Part shown: positions 1-11,915 of the stretch, one piece after another
How the letters are laid out: every line of letters begins with the position of its first letter
How positions within the stretch are numbered: the first letter of the stretch is position 1
Assembly (NCBI RefSeq): GCF_001447785.1
Contig: NW_015173682.1
Span: 62,001 to 126,000 of the forward strand
DNA: 64,000 nt
Direction: 5' to 3'
DNA from: Gekko japonicus
Lineage: Eukaryota
Program-made: the position numbers and the translations under genes
Notes under the pieces: generated by a model
The model's database searches: none
The model's input: only the letters and a program-made list of their open reading frames with translations
Told to the model about the DNA's origin: nothing

Positions 1-75
1 GACATTTTACATAATCACTGTTATCTTTACCACAGAGGTTGGAGGAATTCCTGGAGCACTGTGAGTATTATAACA

Positions 76-431
76 TAGGGGTGCCAGGTCTGACCTGGCA
101 GCTGGTGGTGGGCTCCTGAGTGTGTTCTGGGATCTTCAGCCATGCGTGCAAAGTGATGTCATCACATCACCAACGTTGGGGGTAATACGTTCGTTTTGGG
201 GCAAAACTCTATGGTTTGTAGGCAATTTCACCATAGACTTTTGCCCCAAAACTAGAGCATTGCCATGAGATGTCAGTGATATGACGTTACTTCCAGGTGA
301 TGTCATCACATGAACTTTTGAGCCAGCTGGGGGCAGGATTTCCCCCTGTAGGCCAATTGGTTGTTGGTGGGGAAGTGCCCGCAAAAGCGGAGGTTCTCCT
401 GCCCCCCCCCGGTGCAGGTCTGGCAACCCTA
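76..431. mobile_element. Non-autonomous hAT-like MITE (TAGGGTTGCCA TIR family)
   Basis: TIRs taggggtgcca ... tggcaacccta. Confidence 0.75.
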
Positions 432-1514
432 TTATGATGTCAGTGTCCACAATGCTCCCCCTTCCCCAGGCCTTACCACCGAAAGCTTGTGAGATTGGCA
501 AGTGCAGGGCAGACAACCCTATTTCCCATGATTTAGCTGCCTAGGTTGGCACTGAGCAATAGTGTGTGTGTGAGTGGACAGGGAACAAGCAAAGGAAAGA
601 TGCTGCAGTAGTGTTACAGCTTGCATTTGTTCAGTTCAAGTTATTATCAATCTGTTGATTATATTTTTTCAGTGTTCCAAGCTCCTTACCCATGCTTCTC
701 CTAAATCAGGGCTCAACAAAAATCCCAGGTACCAGGTCACAGTGATGCCTAGAAATTTCACTGTGGTCCTTAGTAGGATGAGCAATTATTTATTATAGAA
801 CTTCTTAAAAAATCTCAATGGAAGTATAAAGGGCAGGGGTCATTTTGTAGAAAAAGAGGTGCAGGAGCTCATTAGTATAACTTATTTGCATGTGCCACAC
901 ACCCTGACATCACCAGAAGTGTGTCAGAAGGCAACACCCACCGCTCAGGCTCCACCCCAAAAATCTCCAGGTATTTCTCAACTCAGAGCTGGTGAGCCTA
1001 CCTGGAGAAAAACTGCTTCAAAAGCACAAAGTATAAATGTTTGAGAAATACCTCCCCAAATCTCCCCAATCAAGATATAAATTCTTACGTGCTTGAGCAG
1101 AGCAACCTCCCCTCTCAGCTTCACCCCACATGTCAGGGCAATGACTATGTTCCCTCATCAGCATGTGAGGAGGGGAGTTTTTTAATTTGCAAAGTTAATA
1201 TTTTCCTAAATATTTAAGAATTCTCAAGAAACAATTTAACCCATTATTTCAGAATATCTAAGCACCTAGTTCATGAATAGTCAGCCCGCCACTATCCACT
1301 CTCTCAAGAAGGAAATGGTTTTCCTCCATCCTAGTGTGCAATCAAGCAAAACAGACGGGGGGTGGTGGTGGTCAGATTTCCTGATTATAAGCATGTTTGC
1401 TCAGAGTTAAGCTCCACTTGACGCAGTGGTACTTCTTGATGAGAAGACTGAAGCACTCCTGCTGGGACAGGGCAAAGTCCATCAGCTGTTCCCATTATCG
1501 TTCCCTGAAATACG

Positions 1515-1910
1515 GAGACTGGGCTGGCCTGATCTTGTCAGATCTCAGAAGCCAAGTAGGGTCAGCCTTGGTTAGTGCAGGGTCACCACACAAAGGCAGG
1601 CGATGGCAAACCACCTCTGAACATCTCTTGCCTTGGAAACCCCATGAGGGGTCACCACAAGTTGAAAGGTATCAGATGGATATTAGGAAAACTTTTTCAC
1701 GGTCAGAGTGGTTCAAAGGTGGAATCAGCTGCCTAGAGAGGTGGTTAGCTCCCCTTCACTGACAGCTTTCAAGAAGAGTCTGGACGAATATTTGTCAGAG
1801 ATGCTTTAGGCTGGTCCTGCATTGGGCAGAGGGTCGGATTAGGTGGTCTGTATGTATGGCCCCTTCCAACTCTATGATTCTAAGTCGGCTGCAACTTGAC
1901 AGCACTTTCT
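1515..1910 (+). mobile_element. 5S rRNA-derived SINE interrupted by a CR1 3' fragment (about 1662-1880)
   Basis: 5S-like head gatcttgtcagatctcagaagccaagtagggtcagccttggttagt; CR1 3' end ccccttccaactctatgattc; SINE body resumes at taagtcggctgcaacttgac. Confidence 0.7.
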
Positions 1911-2261
1911 CTTACCGTCACGGCTAAGAGACACGCAAAGGAGTTTATTTAACATGAATTTGTTTAGCTCATCATTTAAGCTAGATGTCATCTTGTGGCA
2001 GTGAGTTCCATGATGACAGCCTGCACCTTGCACATGCTTCTTAGAGTTACTCAGTCTTGTGGTAGATAACTCATTAAAGATGTTGACTCAGTGTGTGCGA
2101 CAGCAGTTAAAAAGGTAAATTCTATGCTGGGGATTATTAGGAAGGGGATTGAAAACAAATCATGCAGTATCATAATGCCTCTGTATAAATCTATGATGCG
2201 GCCTCATTTGGAATACTGTGTACAGTTCTGATCACTGTACCTCAAAAAAGATATTATAGGA

Positions 2262-2478
2262 CCTGACCTGGATGGCCCAGGCAAGCCCAATCTCGTCAGA
2301 TCACGGAAGCTAAGCAGGGCCGACCCTGGCAAGTATTTGGATGGGAGACCTTCAGAGAATACTATCAAGCTCCTTCTCTGAATGTCCTCTGTGCCCCAGT
2401 AGGAGATGCCAGGGGTCGCCATGCCTTCCAGGTACGGGCACGCACACGCATACAGAAATGCAAAAACACAAAAAAAAG
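2262..2478 (+). mobile_element. 5S rRNA-derived SINE
   Basis: cccaatctcgtcagatcacggaagctaagcagggccgaccctggcaagtatttggatgggagacc matches the 5S rRNA internal control region; CA/A-rich tail. Confidence 0.8.
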
Positions 2479-2537
2479 GTGCATAAAAAGGGAACCAACA
2501 TGATTAAGGGGATGGAACACTTTCCCTATGAAGAAAG

Positions 2538-2588
2538 TAGATTCAGGTCAGTGGCCGTATTGGTCTGAAGGAATAGAGAGAACTCAGA
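2538..2588. mobile_element. 51-bp Penelope-like terminal fragment with 12-bp TSD
   Basis: TSD ctatgaagaaag at 2526-2537 and 2589-2600; the insert resembles the terminus at 40411. Confidence 0.7.
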
Positions 2589-2632
2589 CTATGAAGAAAG
2601 GTTAAAGAGGTTCAGGCTCTTAGCTTCTCTTT

Positions 2633-4779
2633 TGTTCTTATGTGCTACCAATTCTGTCCTGAATTGGGTGAACCCACTGTTGTGGAATTTGGTGAGGATA
2701 TAGTGAGTGGCATAAAAGGTTGTAAAGCTGCTTTGTAGGAATACAGCTAGTGTTTGAAGGCACAGAGCTTGTGGGTGCAAACCAGTCACCCTGGATGGGG
2801 AGTTGCAGTTTGGCTCCTGGAATGTTCAGAGTGGGATTCTGGGCAGGGCCTGACCCAGATGTTTTCGCCTCAGCCTTCCTATGCCAAGTGGAGAGAACCA
2901 GATTGCTGTCCAGGTTGTGCATTGTCAGAATTGCCCCTGGAAGTGGTGGCCACCAACTTTGTCCCAAGCCCATTGGGAAGGGCATGAAACTGCCCCCTCC
3001 CCATCTGGGCAGGGGTCAAAAGCCCCCACATGGGGAGCGCAGGAGGGGTCTCTGGCTCAGTCCCCGCCTGCAGGCCCTGGGGGCAGCAGCCCAAGCGTAG
3101 TCTGAACAGGACCCTCCGGCCCCTACTGATGGGATTTCCCTTGGGAAGGGCCCCAGTGCACCAGTGGTCCAGGCGGGCTCTTGTGGCAGGCTGTTCCACG
3201 GAGCGACTGGCGGGCAGAGGGGCTTTCCTTGGTGCTTGACGCTTGGGCTGAGTCTCTCCTGCTGGGAGATGGTTAGGGTTTGGAGCTGGCCTGAGGAAGA
3301 CAGAGGTGGCAGTGGCTTGGGGCTGGGTTTTTTTTGTTCTGGATGGTGCCTGGCGGCGGAGCCACAAATTGCAGTCGTTCGGTCACAGCAGCGCACTATA
3401 TAAGCGGGCACCACCAGCGGCCGGGCAGCAGTGCGGCGAGGGAGGGAGGGGAGGGGGGAGGGGTGCTTGCCACAGGTGGTGCCTTCTCCAGCACCAGCTG
3501 GCTGGCCAGCTCTGCGTGGCACCCATGGAGCAGGAGCAGTGGCGCCGGTGCGGGGCTGGTGCGGCCAAGGTGCCCGAGCACCTGTGGCACCAGCTGTGCA
3601 CCTGCATCCAGCAGTGTTTCCACGCTGACCTGGAGCAGGAGCTGTGCGCTGCCACCCACAGCCGGTAAGAGGGTGCCAGCAGTGCCTGGGAGCTGCGCAC
3701 CAGGCGGGTGGTGGTGGGGGCGTGGTCGCAGCTCCTCCAGTAAGGAGAACCCCTCCCTCCCCCTCCCCCTCCCTCATCCCCCCCCAACGGGGCCCTTCCC
3801 CTCTCGAAACTCGTCCTCTGGCACCTGCCCATGCAAAGACACCACCCATGTGCACGGTCCGTGGGGGAAAGATTTCCTCTGGAGCTCTCCTCTGAGTCTG
3901 GGCCGGGGAGGCTTCCCCCTCTGGTGCTGCTGCTGCAACCCACCGGAAATACACTTCTTCGAGGAAAAGGAGAGGGGGCTGGAGTACAGAAAGGCACTGG
4001 CACCGACTCCCGGAATGCCGTTCCGGCTCGTTTCCCTCGAAATGACACCTGATAAAGGGTTGGATTCAGCTAGTTTTTCTATTGGTGAAAAGTCAGAAAA
4101 GGTGATAATTAAAAGGGCTATGTTTGGGATCATGGGACCTGAGTGGACAAAACCAATATTAAATGGGGACCATAATAAAGAGGGTGTGACAGGACAGAGC
4201 ACCTCCCAGGCAACCCATAGTGCTGTGTCCTGTAGCAAGTTTGGGTAGAGGTCTAGACTCCATTGGTTCTGTTTTCCACAAGCATGCACTGGGCTCTCAT
4301 GTCACTTCTGTAAGAGCTGTTTAATCAGGTATGGTGGTTAACAGCAGCCTTCCTGCCTCATGGCTCACAATTTGTCCTTGCTGCTTTGTCTGCGAGGAGC
4401 ATCTCCCTGCTGCTTTTAAGGTTTACCTTGACAAGCATCTAGGCACCTGCTGCCCCACGGGCTTTTAGCTGATGTTTATTGATGCTGGCTCCATGGGGCT
4501 CAGGGTCATTAGCCCACACTCTCTTCACCTAAGCATGCCTTGCTTTCTCTGAATGGGCTTCCCAGAGCTGTTTCACTTTCAGCAGCAACTCTGGGGTTTC
4601 CTTAGGCGATGTACCTCCTGGCCCCAGGTAAGTGGGTTTCCTCATTGGCCAAGACTGAGTGTAAGATCTGGATTCAACCCAAAGCGTTTATCATTTCACA
4701 TCAGAATATTTGGTAATAAGATAAAAAATAAATGTGCCTGAACTTCTTGTCTTTGTTTCTATATAAACTTAATTTTACA
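2633..4779 (+). mobile_element. Putative long solo-LTR-like element (about 2.1 kb, GC-rich)
   Basis: TGT...ACA ends, TATA box ctatataagc near 3397, AATAAA near 4727, sharp GC contrast with the flanks; no TSD found. Confidence 0.4.
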
Positions 4780-5884
4780 ATATTCATGGGGGCGGGGGGT
4801 GGAGGCAAATTCATTTTTAACCAGCTGCTTTCCTATACTGGTACCAGTACTCAGTTAAATGGAGCTTTTTAAAGGAATAATGGAATTATGAGAAATTGAG
4901 AAGCTAGGATAGGGTTAGAGGGTTCACTTTTTGTTGTGGTTGCTCCTCTATTCATTCTATGCTACAACCCTGTTATAAAGCTGTGAAAAACTGTTGTTAG
5001 AATTAGGTTTTGTATTACCAATAATTAGAACATTTGGTCATTAAAATACAAAACCTGAAAAATGAGTCTGGCTCCCAAATATTTGGGCTGGTTCTTAGAG
5101 TCAAAGAAAATTTGTCAAGGCCTGTCCTAAATGCCTTCTGTTGTCTTTCTGCAGAAGGCTCTCAGCATAATAAATGTATGGTCTTTAAATGAAACAAAAC
5201 AAAATGAAAAACTGGAAGTCATTAGTTTGTTCCACTCCAGGCTCTGATATTACCAAAGCATTCTAAAATGAAGACCAGATGCCTTTGTAGGCCCTCTTTT
5301 TCTTTTTTCTTTTAAGGAAAGCTTATTCTTTTGCAGATATTTCTGGCACTTGTGTCTTTGAGGAGTGAACTGTAGGCTCACATTGCCTTCTGTGTGTTTA
5401 ATAGTATCGTTTTAGCTATCAGTGCTGAGTGCTGCTGTAGAAATGGAATTGTTAGTAAACAACTCATCCTATGCAGAAAAGAAAATGCATGAGATGTGGC
5501 TAATTTAAGATTTATATAATGGAAGATATTGCACTAAAATGGCCAGTAATGTCGCAGTACCAAGCCATGCTATTAAATTGGCACTGGGAGTTCTACTTTG
5601 AGACCTCTTGCAGCTCTACTTTAACAGTCTTCCCATATTAGGCATATATCATGCAAATGTGGCAGTGCTTTGAGGCTTATTAAATAATGGATATTTGACT
5701 TTCTCATTTTGTTCTTCTAATGCTTCCTTTCAGTTTATTGAATATCTGCTGATATGTGCTGCTGAATGGTGCTATGAGAACTTATTATTCTGGGAGTGGA
5801 ACCATTTATACTTCTGTGTAGGACATGTCCGTTTTCGTCAGCAAGAATCCCCCCATATCCATTTTAAAAAGAGAACCTTTATTA

Positions 5885-5997
5885 CCCTGTTTCCCCGAGA
5901 ATAAGACCTACCCCAAAAATAAGCCCTAGCAGGATTTCTATGCATTTGTGGTATAAGCCCTAGTGTGTCTTGAGAAAAAATAAATATAAGACAGTGT
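5885..5997. mobile_element. Tigger/pogo-like MITE fragment
   Basis: TA + ccctgtttccccgagaataagacc TIR; inverted homologue of 42541-42677. Confidence 0.7.
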
Positions 5998-6296
5998 TCC
6001 CTGAGTTTGATACAGCAGCTTGTCTCCATTGCGCAGAACCATTAAAAAAAAACTTGTTGCACTTAATAGTGTATACAGCTCTATGTGCTGTATTGCCAGA
6101 GGGCTTCCAACTTACTTACCTTGCCTTGTTCATATAATGCAAATTTCAGACTTGTGCAGCATCAGGTTGCCTCAGAGCCATGTGGGAAGAAAGATTATGT
6201 TTAGCTCTCCAACTTCTACTTGGTTTCACTGTTCAAAACCAGCTTCTCCATCCTGTTATTATAATTTTAAAGAAGAAAATATGAAAACTGGTATGG

Positions 6297-6592
6297 TGCC
6301 AGTTTGGTGTAGTGGTTAAGTGTGTGGACGGACTCTAATCTGGGAGAACCGGGTTTGATTCCCCACTCCTCCACTTGCACCTGCTGATGTGACCTTGGGT
6401 CAGTCACAAACTCTGGCACAGCTGTCCTTGAAAAAGAGCAGTTTGTGTCAGAGGTCTCTCAGCCACACACTGTGTCAGAGTTCTCTCAGCCCCACCCACC
6501 TGGGGAGGGGAGGGGAAAGGAGTTTGTAAGCCGCTCTGAGACTCCAAGTGAAGGGTGGGGTATAAATCCAATCTCCTCCTCCTCCTCCTTCT
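6297..6592 (+). mobile_element. tRNA-derived SINE (Squam3-like)
   Basis: A box tggtgtagtgg, B box ggtttgattcc, tail taaatccaatc(tcc)n. Confidence 0.8.
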
Positions 6593-6599
6593 TGATGTC

Positions 6600-7421
6600 C
6601 TGCATAGGGAAGGAGAGACCAGTCAAAGGGACAATACTGTGGTTCGCTGCCCTAACAAGACTCCTCAGAATGCTACAGCAGGACTCAAAAAGCATTGAGT
6701 GAGATGGCACTCAGAGCCATTAGAACTGAGGAATCAATTCCCTTGCGGTGGAGACAGAGATGGAAACACTGCCAGTGGAAGTATCACAAACACAAGGAGA
6801 AAGGAGGAAGGAGGACAAGGAGATAGAAAGAAATAGCACTGGAAGAAAAAGGAAAGTGTTGGTCATAGGTGACTCCCTGCTGAGGGGTATGGAACATCAT
6901 GTGTCCAGGATTCACCTCTGGCCCGAGAGGTGTGTTGCTTGCTAGGGCAAAACTTAAAGTTGTTATAGACAGGATCCCAAAACTCATCAGACCTACAGAG
7001 CATTACCCATTTGTGATGGTCCATGTGGGAACCAACGACATGGCCATGAACACCATCGAAAGCATTAAGGCTGACTATGAAGCTCTTGGGAGGAAGCTGA
7101 AGGGCATGGGAGCACAGGTGGTGTTCTCTTCAGTCCTTCCTGTCATAGGAAAGGAAATATGATGGGACTTCACCTGTCAAGGTCAGGGAAAAATGTGTTG
7201 GCAGAAACCTGGAGAGATTTATCCAGAGGGCTTTAAACTGACACCACAAGGGGAAGGAGACAACCAACATAGGGATGTAAATGAAGGGAAGCAAACACCT
7301 GGGAGGGTCGGGTCTAATGGAGCCAAAGGTGCGGTGCTTCAGGTGTCTATGTACCAATGCTCGAAGCTTGGGCAATAAGAAAGAAGAGCTTGAGCTTCTA
7401 ATGCAGACAGAGGGATATGAA
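6600..7421 (+). mobile_element. CR1 LINE ORF1 (SGNH/GDSL esterase) and start of ORF2, degraded
   Basis: VLVIGDSLLRG and VHVGTND esterase motifs, then the CLCTNARSLGNKKEEL endonuclease start; a further ORF2 piece (LGGSDHVILE) at about 7930-8020. Confidence 0.85.
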
Positions 7422-7424
7422 TTA

Positions 7425-7772
7425 CGTACCTGTGGGACTGCTGGAGGCTACGTGGCGGCTGGCGATGTGGGTTGGAGGCGGGGGAGTGGCAAAAATGGGG
7501 TGAGGGAGCCCAGCCTGAGAAGCCCCGCGGATATATTAAAATGTCTCCCTGCGGTCTCCGGAGTGCTCCCCGGCTCCCTGCAGACGGTCCTGTCCTGTCC
7601 GAGGACCAGAGCAGAGTGAGCCAAAGATGTTGGCCGGGGCTGACGTGGGCGGGACTCCGCAAAGCAGCCAGGCAACCCAGCCAGCGACTTCTGATTGGCA
7701 GTTCTTGCAGCCAAACACTGTTAGCGCGCATCAAACGTTGCAGGAAAAAAACTCAATTATTATAGGGAGAGA
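7425..7772 (-). mobile_element. Helitron 5' fragment (same family as 56201-57870)
   Basis: Shares the gggcgggact...cagccagcg...ttcttgc.gccaaacact block and the ...tatagggagaga|t end with 57750-57870; the minus strand starts A|TC. Confidence 0.7.
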
Positions 7773-8024
7773 TATGTGTGTATGTATATGTGTGTGTGTT
7801 TTTAACTAGGGGTGTGCAAAAAAAACCCCAACTCGGCCGGACGTCCACAGTCATGCAACTTCCTGACCTATCTGGACAACGTCCTTCATCAAATAGTGGA
7901 GGAAGCTATGAGTGGCTCAGCCATACTCGATTTAATATTGACCAACAGGCAAAAGATGGGGTGAAGGTGGTGGAGACCTTAGGGGGAAGTGACCATGTCA
8001 TTCTAGAATATGACATGTCCTTCT

Positions 8025-8250
8025 AGATAAGACAAAATGAAGGCTGAAGGACTCTGAATTGTGCCTTAAAGCTTTAGTTTTATTATGGGATGCTCTGGGG
8101 TTTTCTTAAACAGTTAAATCAATGGATAAAAAGATAAAAAAGATTAGCATAACTGACTATGTTCAAAGTAATACTAGCAATTTAAGATTAACATTTCTAT
8201 AAGCTGTTGTTATGATCTCCTATACTTGGGGTTTTAGTTAGTAATGGATC
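8025..8250 (+). mobile_element. 3' UTR fragment of the HAL1-like family
   Basis: Aligns with about 36124-36352 (gataaga.aaaatgaaggctgaaggactctgaattgtgcctt...). Confidence 0.8.
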
Positions 8251-11200
8251 TTCGACGTGGTCTCTGTGCTTCACACCCATGGGTTTAGTGCACCTGCGCT
8301 GAACCAGATCGGTGTTGTAGCAAGCTTCAACAGATTTTCGCACCCAAACCTCGGGCAGGTGCAGGAACCCCTACTGTGCATGCCCAGAGGGACGGGCGCG
8401 GATATCCCGCCAGTTCTCTTCTGACTGCCACACTGTTCGCAGCTCTTTTTGGTCAATAAACTTACCTCAGTAGCCCTTTCCCCGTTAGTAGCTCTCGGAT
8501 TCATTTGGATTCATTTTTTCTTGACTTTCGGTAAGTCATTCATCCTTTGCCTAAAAGAAGAAGAAGAAGGAACTTAAAGATACAGGGGGTGCCCCCCCCT
8601 CCACCACTGCTTTTTGCCTCCCCTCGTCCGTTCTTACTTTATGGCGAAAAAGAACAAAAAATGATTTTTTTCAACCACTGCACATTCTGCGGAAGCAAAT
8701 TGGCCCCTCCGGACGGCCACACGCTTTGCCTATTCTGCCTGGGAGAGGCTCATCGTCCAGACGCCTGCCCTCACTGCGCTAAATTCTCTAACCAAACGTG
8801 GAAGAATCAGGCAGCGTGCTTAAAGGTGGCCCTCCTGGAGTCTGCTTTGGCCCTTCACCCGTTGGGGATGGATCCCGTTTCACAGCCAACAGCTTCAACG
8901 TCGACTGCTCCATCGGCTTCGCGTCTTTCGGTACCGAAGTCCGCTTCTGACATTGGGCGATCAGCCAGTAAAAGATTACCTCCGCCCGTGCAATCTTCGG
9001 CGTCGACTCCTGTAAAGAAAAAGAAGAAAGACCAGGCTGAGAAGACAGGCAAGGCAGCCAAAAAGGGCAGTACTAAACCCCCGAAGGCCAGATACCGCTG
9101 TGGATCCTCCCTCTGTGGTGGCCACCAAGGATAAGCCTACAGTTCCTGGGGCATCGCCCCCGGAGGCACCACCAATTACTATGCAGCCACCTATCCAGCT
9201 GCTGGACTCACCCGTTCGCAGAGAACTTCCAATCCTGATTGATATGGAACGATGCTCCGATATCGATGCAGTCACTGGTCTCAGCCACATCTCCAGGCAG
9301 GACTCACCTTCTCGATCGCCCTCACCAGCAGATGCCGACAATCAGTACCGACACCCTTGTCATCGTCTAACGTCAGGAGAACATCGCCATGTTTCTAACC
9401 ACGCACCACCAGTCTTGCCCCACTATTGCTCTCGCTCCCGCGAACGTGGCTTTCCAGATCTCCAAGGCATCCTTATGTCAGGGACCGTTCTCCTAGAGGT
9501 TATCAACCCCCCATTCAACCAATACCATGGGACCAACGACAACTCCAGTACCTCCGTGGAGCTTATCCGCCCACGGCATCCATGCCTTGGCTGACCCCCG
9601 CTGGATACTCAGATTGGGACTGATATTCCATACATCGATCCCGATCACCCCATTGGCCTCAAGCGCCTCCATCGGCCACAGTCTCCAGGGCGCCAGAGTC
9701 TCCGCGTCCACATCCAACAGCCCACGGGGACCAGCATGTCCAGGTTACACCGCTTGAACCTTCGATACCGAAACCCTCGTTATCGACACCAGCCCCAGTC
9801 CAGTTAGAATCCCTAACACAACTGCTGGACCATGAATCATCATCGTCTGTAGCGGAGGCTTCTGAATTGGAGCTATCGTACCCAGGCAGTTCGCCCGACG
9901 ACCCATCTCCAAGGCCATCGGTAACAGATAACCTGCCTATCTTGTCCTCCAAGGACATATCCTAGTATGGCGACCTCATTAAACGTATGGCCCACTCGCT
10001 GGGACTCTCAGTAGTCCAACCACAACCCTCTGTCTCAGACGCTGTCTTTGACGTTGTCCAATTAGATGCGTCGACACCAATAGCGCTACCGATGTCGACG
10101 GTCCTCCTACAAGCGACCAAGGTGTCATGGGACAAACCCTCGTCCACGCCTGTTTCGTCACACCAATTGGACCACATGTACTGGGTCCAAGAAGCCGGCG
10201 CTGAATTTCTCTCCAACCACCCGAAACCTAACTCCATGGTGGTGACGTCCTCCTCTAAATCAAAGAATACTCACTCCACTCCCTCTTATCGGGAGAGCAA
10301 GAAACTTGACTCCTTTGGGTGTCGATTCTACTCTACAGGCTCCCTAAAGAGTACTAACTACCAGGCGTGTATGAGCCGCTATCAGTACACTCTGTGGGAA
10401 CGCCTCTCTGAGTTTTTGGCAGACCTGCCTGACGACAAGTGCCAGCTGGCCAGGAAACTACAAAGGGAGGGCCTGGTCCTCACCAAGCAAGAAATCAACA
10501 TGGCTAAGCACTCTCTGGAAGCAGCCTCCAAAACAATGTCCACAGCGATAGCCCTTCGCAGACATTCCTGGTTACGCACTACATCTTTGCAGGTAGACAC
10601 CAGGTCATATGTCGAGGATTTGCCTTTTGACGGTTTAGGTCTCTTCCATGCTTCCACTGATGGTGCGCTACAGGATATGGATAAGAGCATCAAGGCATCC
10701 CGTACCTTGGGGGTATCATCGTCTGTGAGGTCCTTTAAACCACGCACCTGGTCTTGCCTGTGGCAAAAGTGTCCCTACAGTAGGCAGTCACCGGACCGTT
10801 CATGGAGAGCCCGTTCCTCCTCAGGAGGCCAGCGTCCACCCTATCAACAACGTCAGCGGTTTGGCCAGGGACAACAATCCAAGCGATCGAAGCCCGTGAA
10901 ACCCTCCAAGCAGGGTCTTTAACATTTTGTTCTCCCCTCCCCATGCCACCCACCTGGCACCCTTCCTTTCGGCATGGCGGGATATAACAACAGTCTCTTG
11001 GGTCCTCTCGGTGATAGCCTCTGGTTACCTTATAGAGTTTACCACCCTCCCACCCTGCCTGTATTTATTGGCACTCCTCCTTCCCCGTTCCTACTGGAAG
11101 AGGTTACGAATCTACTAGCCAAGAATGCCATCAAACTGGTACCACCTTCAGAATGAGGCAAAGGGTTCTATTCCCGTTACTTCACTGTCCCGAAACGGGA

Positions 11201-11722
11201 TGGTGGTGTCCATCCGATCCTGGACTTGAGAGGACTCAATACTTATGTCCAGTACTGTCGTTTTCGAATAGTCTCCCTTCATCAAATTCTGCCATTGCTA
11301 CGGAAGGGAATGTGGATGGCTACCCTGGACCTTCAAGATGCTTATTTTCATCTAGCAATACATCCTTCACACAGGCACTACCTCCGGTTTGTCATAGGTC
11401 AACACCACTTCCAATATACGGTCCTTCCCTTCGGCCTATCCAGTGTGCCCAGGGTCTTCACCAAAACAATGGTGGTCTTGGCGGTGTTTCTCCATCTGCA
11501 GAGGATCAGTGTTTATTCGTACATCGATGATTGGCTTCTGGTTGCAGACTCCAGGCCTCTACTCCTCCGCCACATTCAAGGCACCCTCAGGTTGCTTCAC
11601 AAGCTGGGCCTTCGGGTGAATGTTGACAAATGCAACCTACAACCTGCCCAATGGATATACAGTACATAGGCGTGTGCCTAGACTCCACTCTTTGCCGAGC
11701 TTTCCTGCCAGAGGACATTCTC
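8251..11722 (+). mobile_element. DIRS1-like tyrosine-recombinase retrotransposon, 3'-truncated
   Basis: Cys/His finger CTFC...HTLCLFCLGEAH...CPHC; LAP2alpha-like gag region 9987-10922 (LRRHSWL, DLPFDG); overlapping RT with LDLQDAYFH, LPFGL and YIDD (11520-11531); no RNase H or recombinase seen. Confidence 0.9.
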
Positions 11723-11915
11723 GGCCCCATTATATCCTATGGGCCATTGAAGTCAATGGCGAAAACATAGGGTATATTCTGGGGGCTGGAGGGGAGGGAG
11801 TTTGAGGCCGAGGCTCCACACTTGCAGGCTAGCTGCTGGAGCCTCTCCCCAAGATACCCACCAAGTTTCAAAAACATTGGACTATGGCGTCCAATTCTAT
11901 GGGCCCCCAAACAGG
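11723..11915. mobile_element. Non-autonomous DNA transposon internal fragment
   Basis: Short palindromes such as ccattgaagtcaatgg; abrupt break from the DIRS RT frame. Confidence 0.45.

Larger units (their letters stand above)
2060..2626 (+). mobile_element. CR1 LINE ORF2 fragment hosting a 5S-SINE and a Penelope micro-insertion
   Basis: CR1 RT C-terminal motifs (cagtgtgtgcgacagcagttaaaaagg, cctcatttggaatactgtgtacagttctg, ccctatgaagaaaggttaaag). Confidence 0.8.

Noticed and set aside
2879-4289. Overlapping 160-312 aa ORFs on both strands
   Set aside because: Expected from high GC content and few stop codons; no recognisable domains
6297-6370. tRNA gene
   Set aside because: A and B boxes belong to a SINE head; no complete cloverleaf
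9987-10922. Host TMPO/LAP2alpha gene or domesticated gene
   Set aside because: Embedded in DIRS gag-RT context with a frameshifted upstream region
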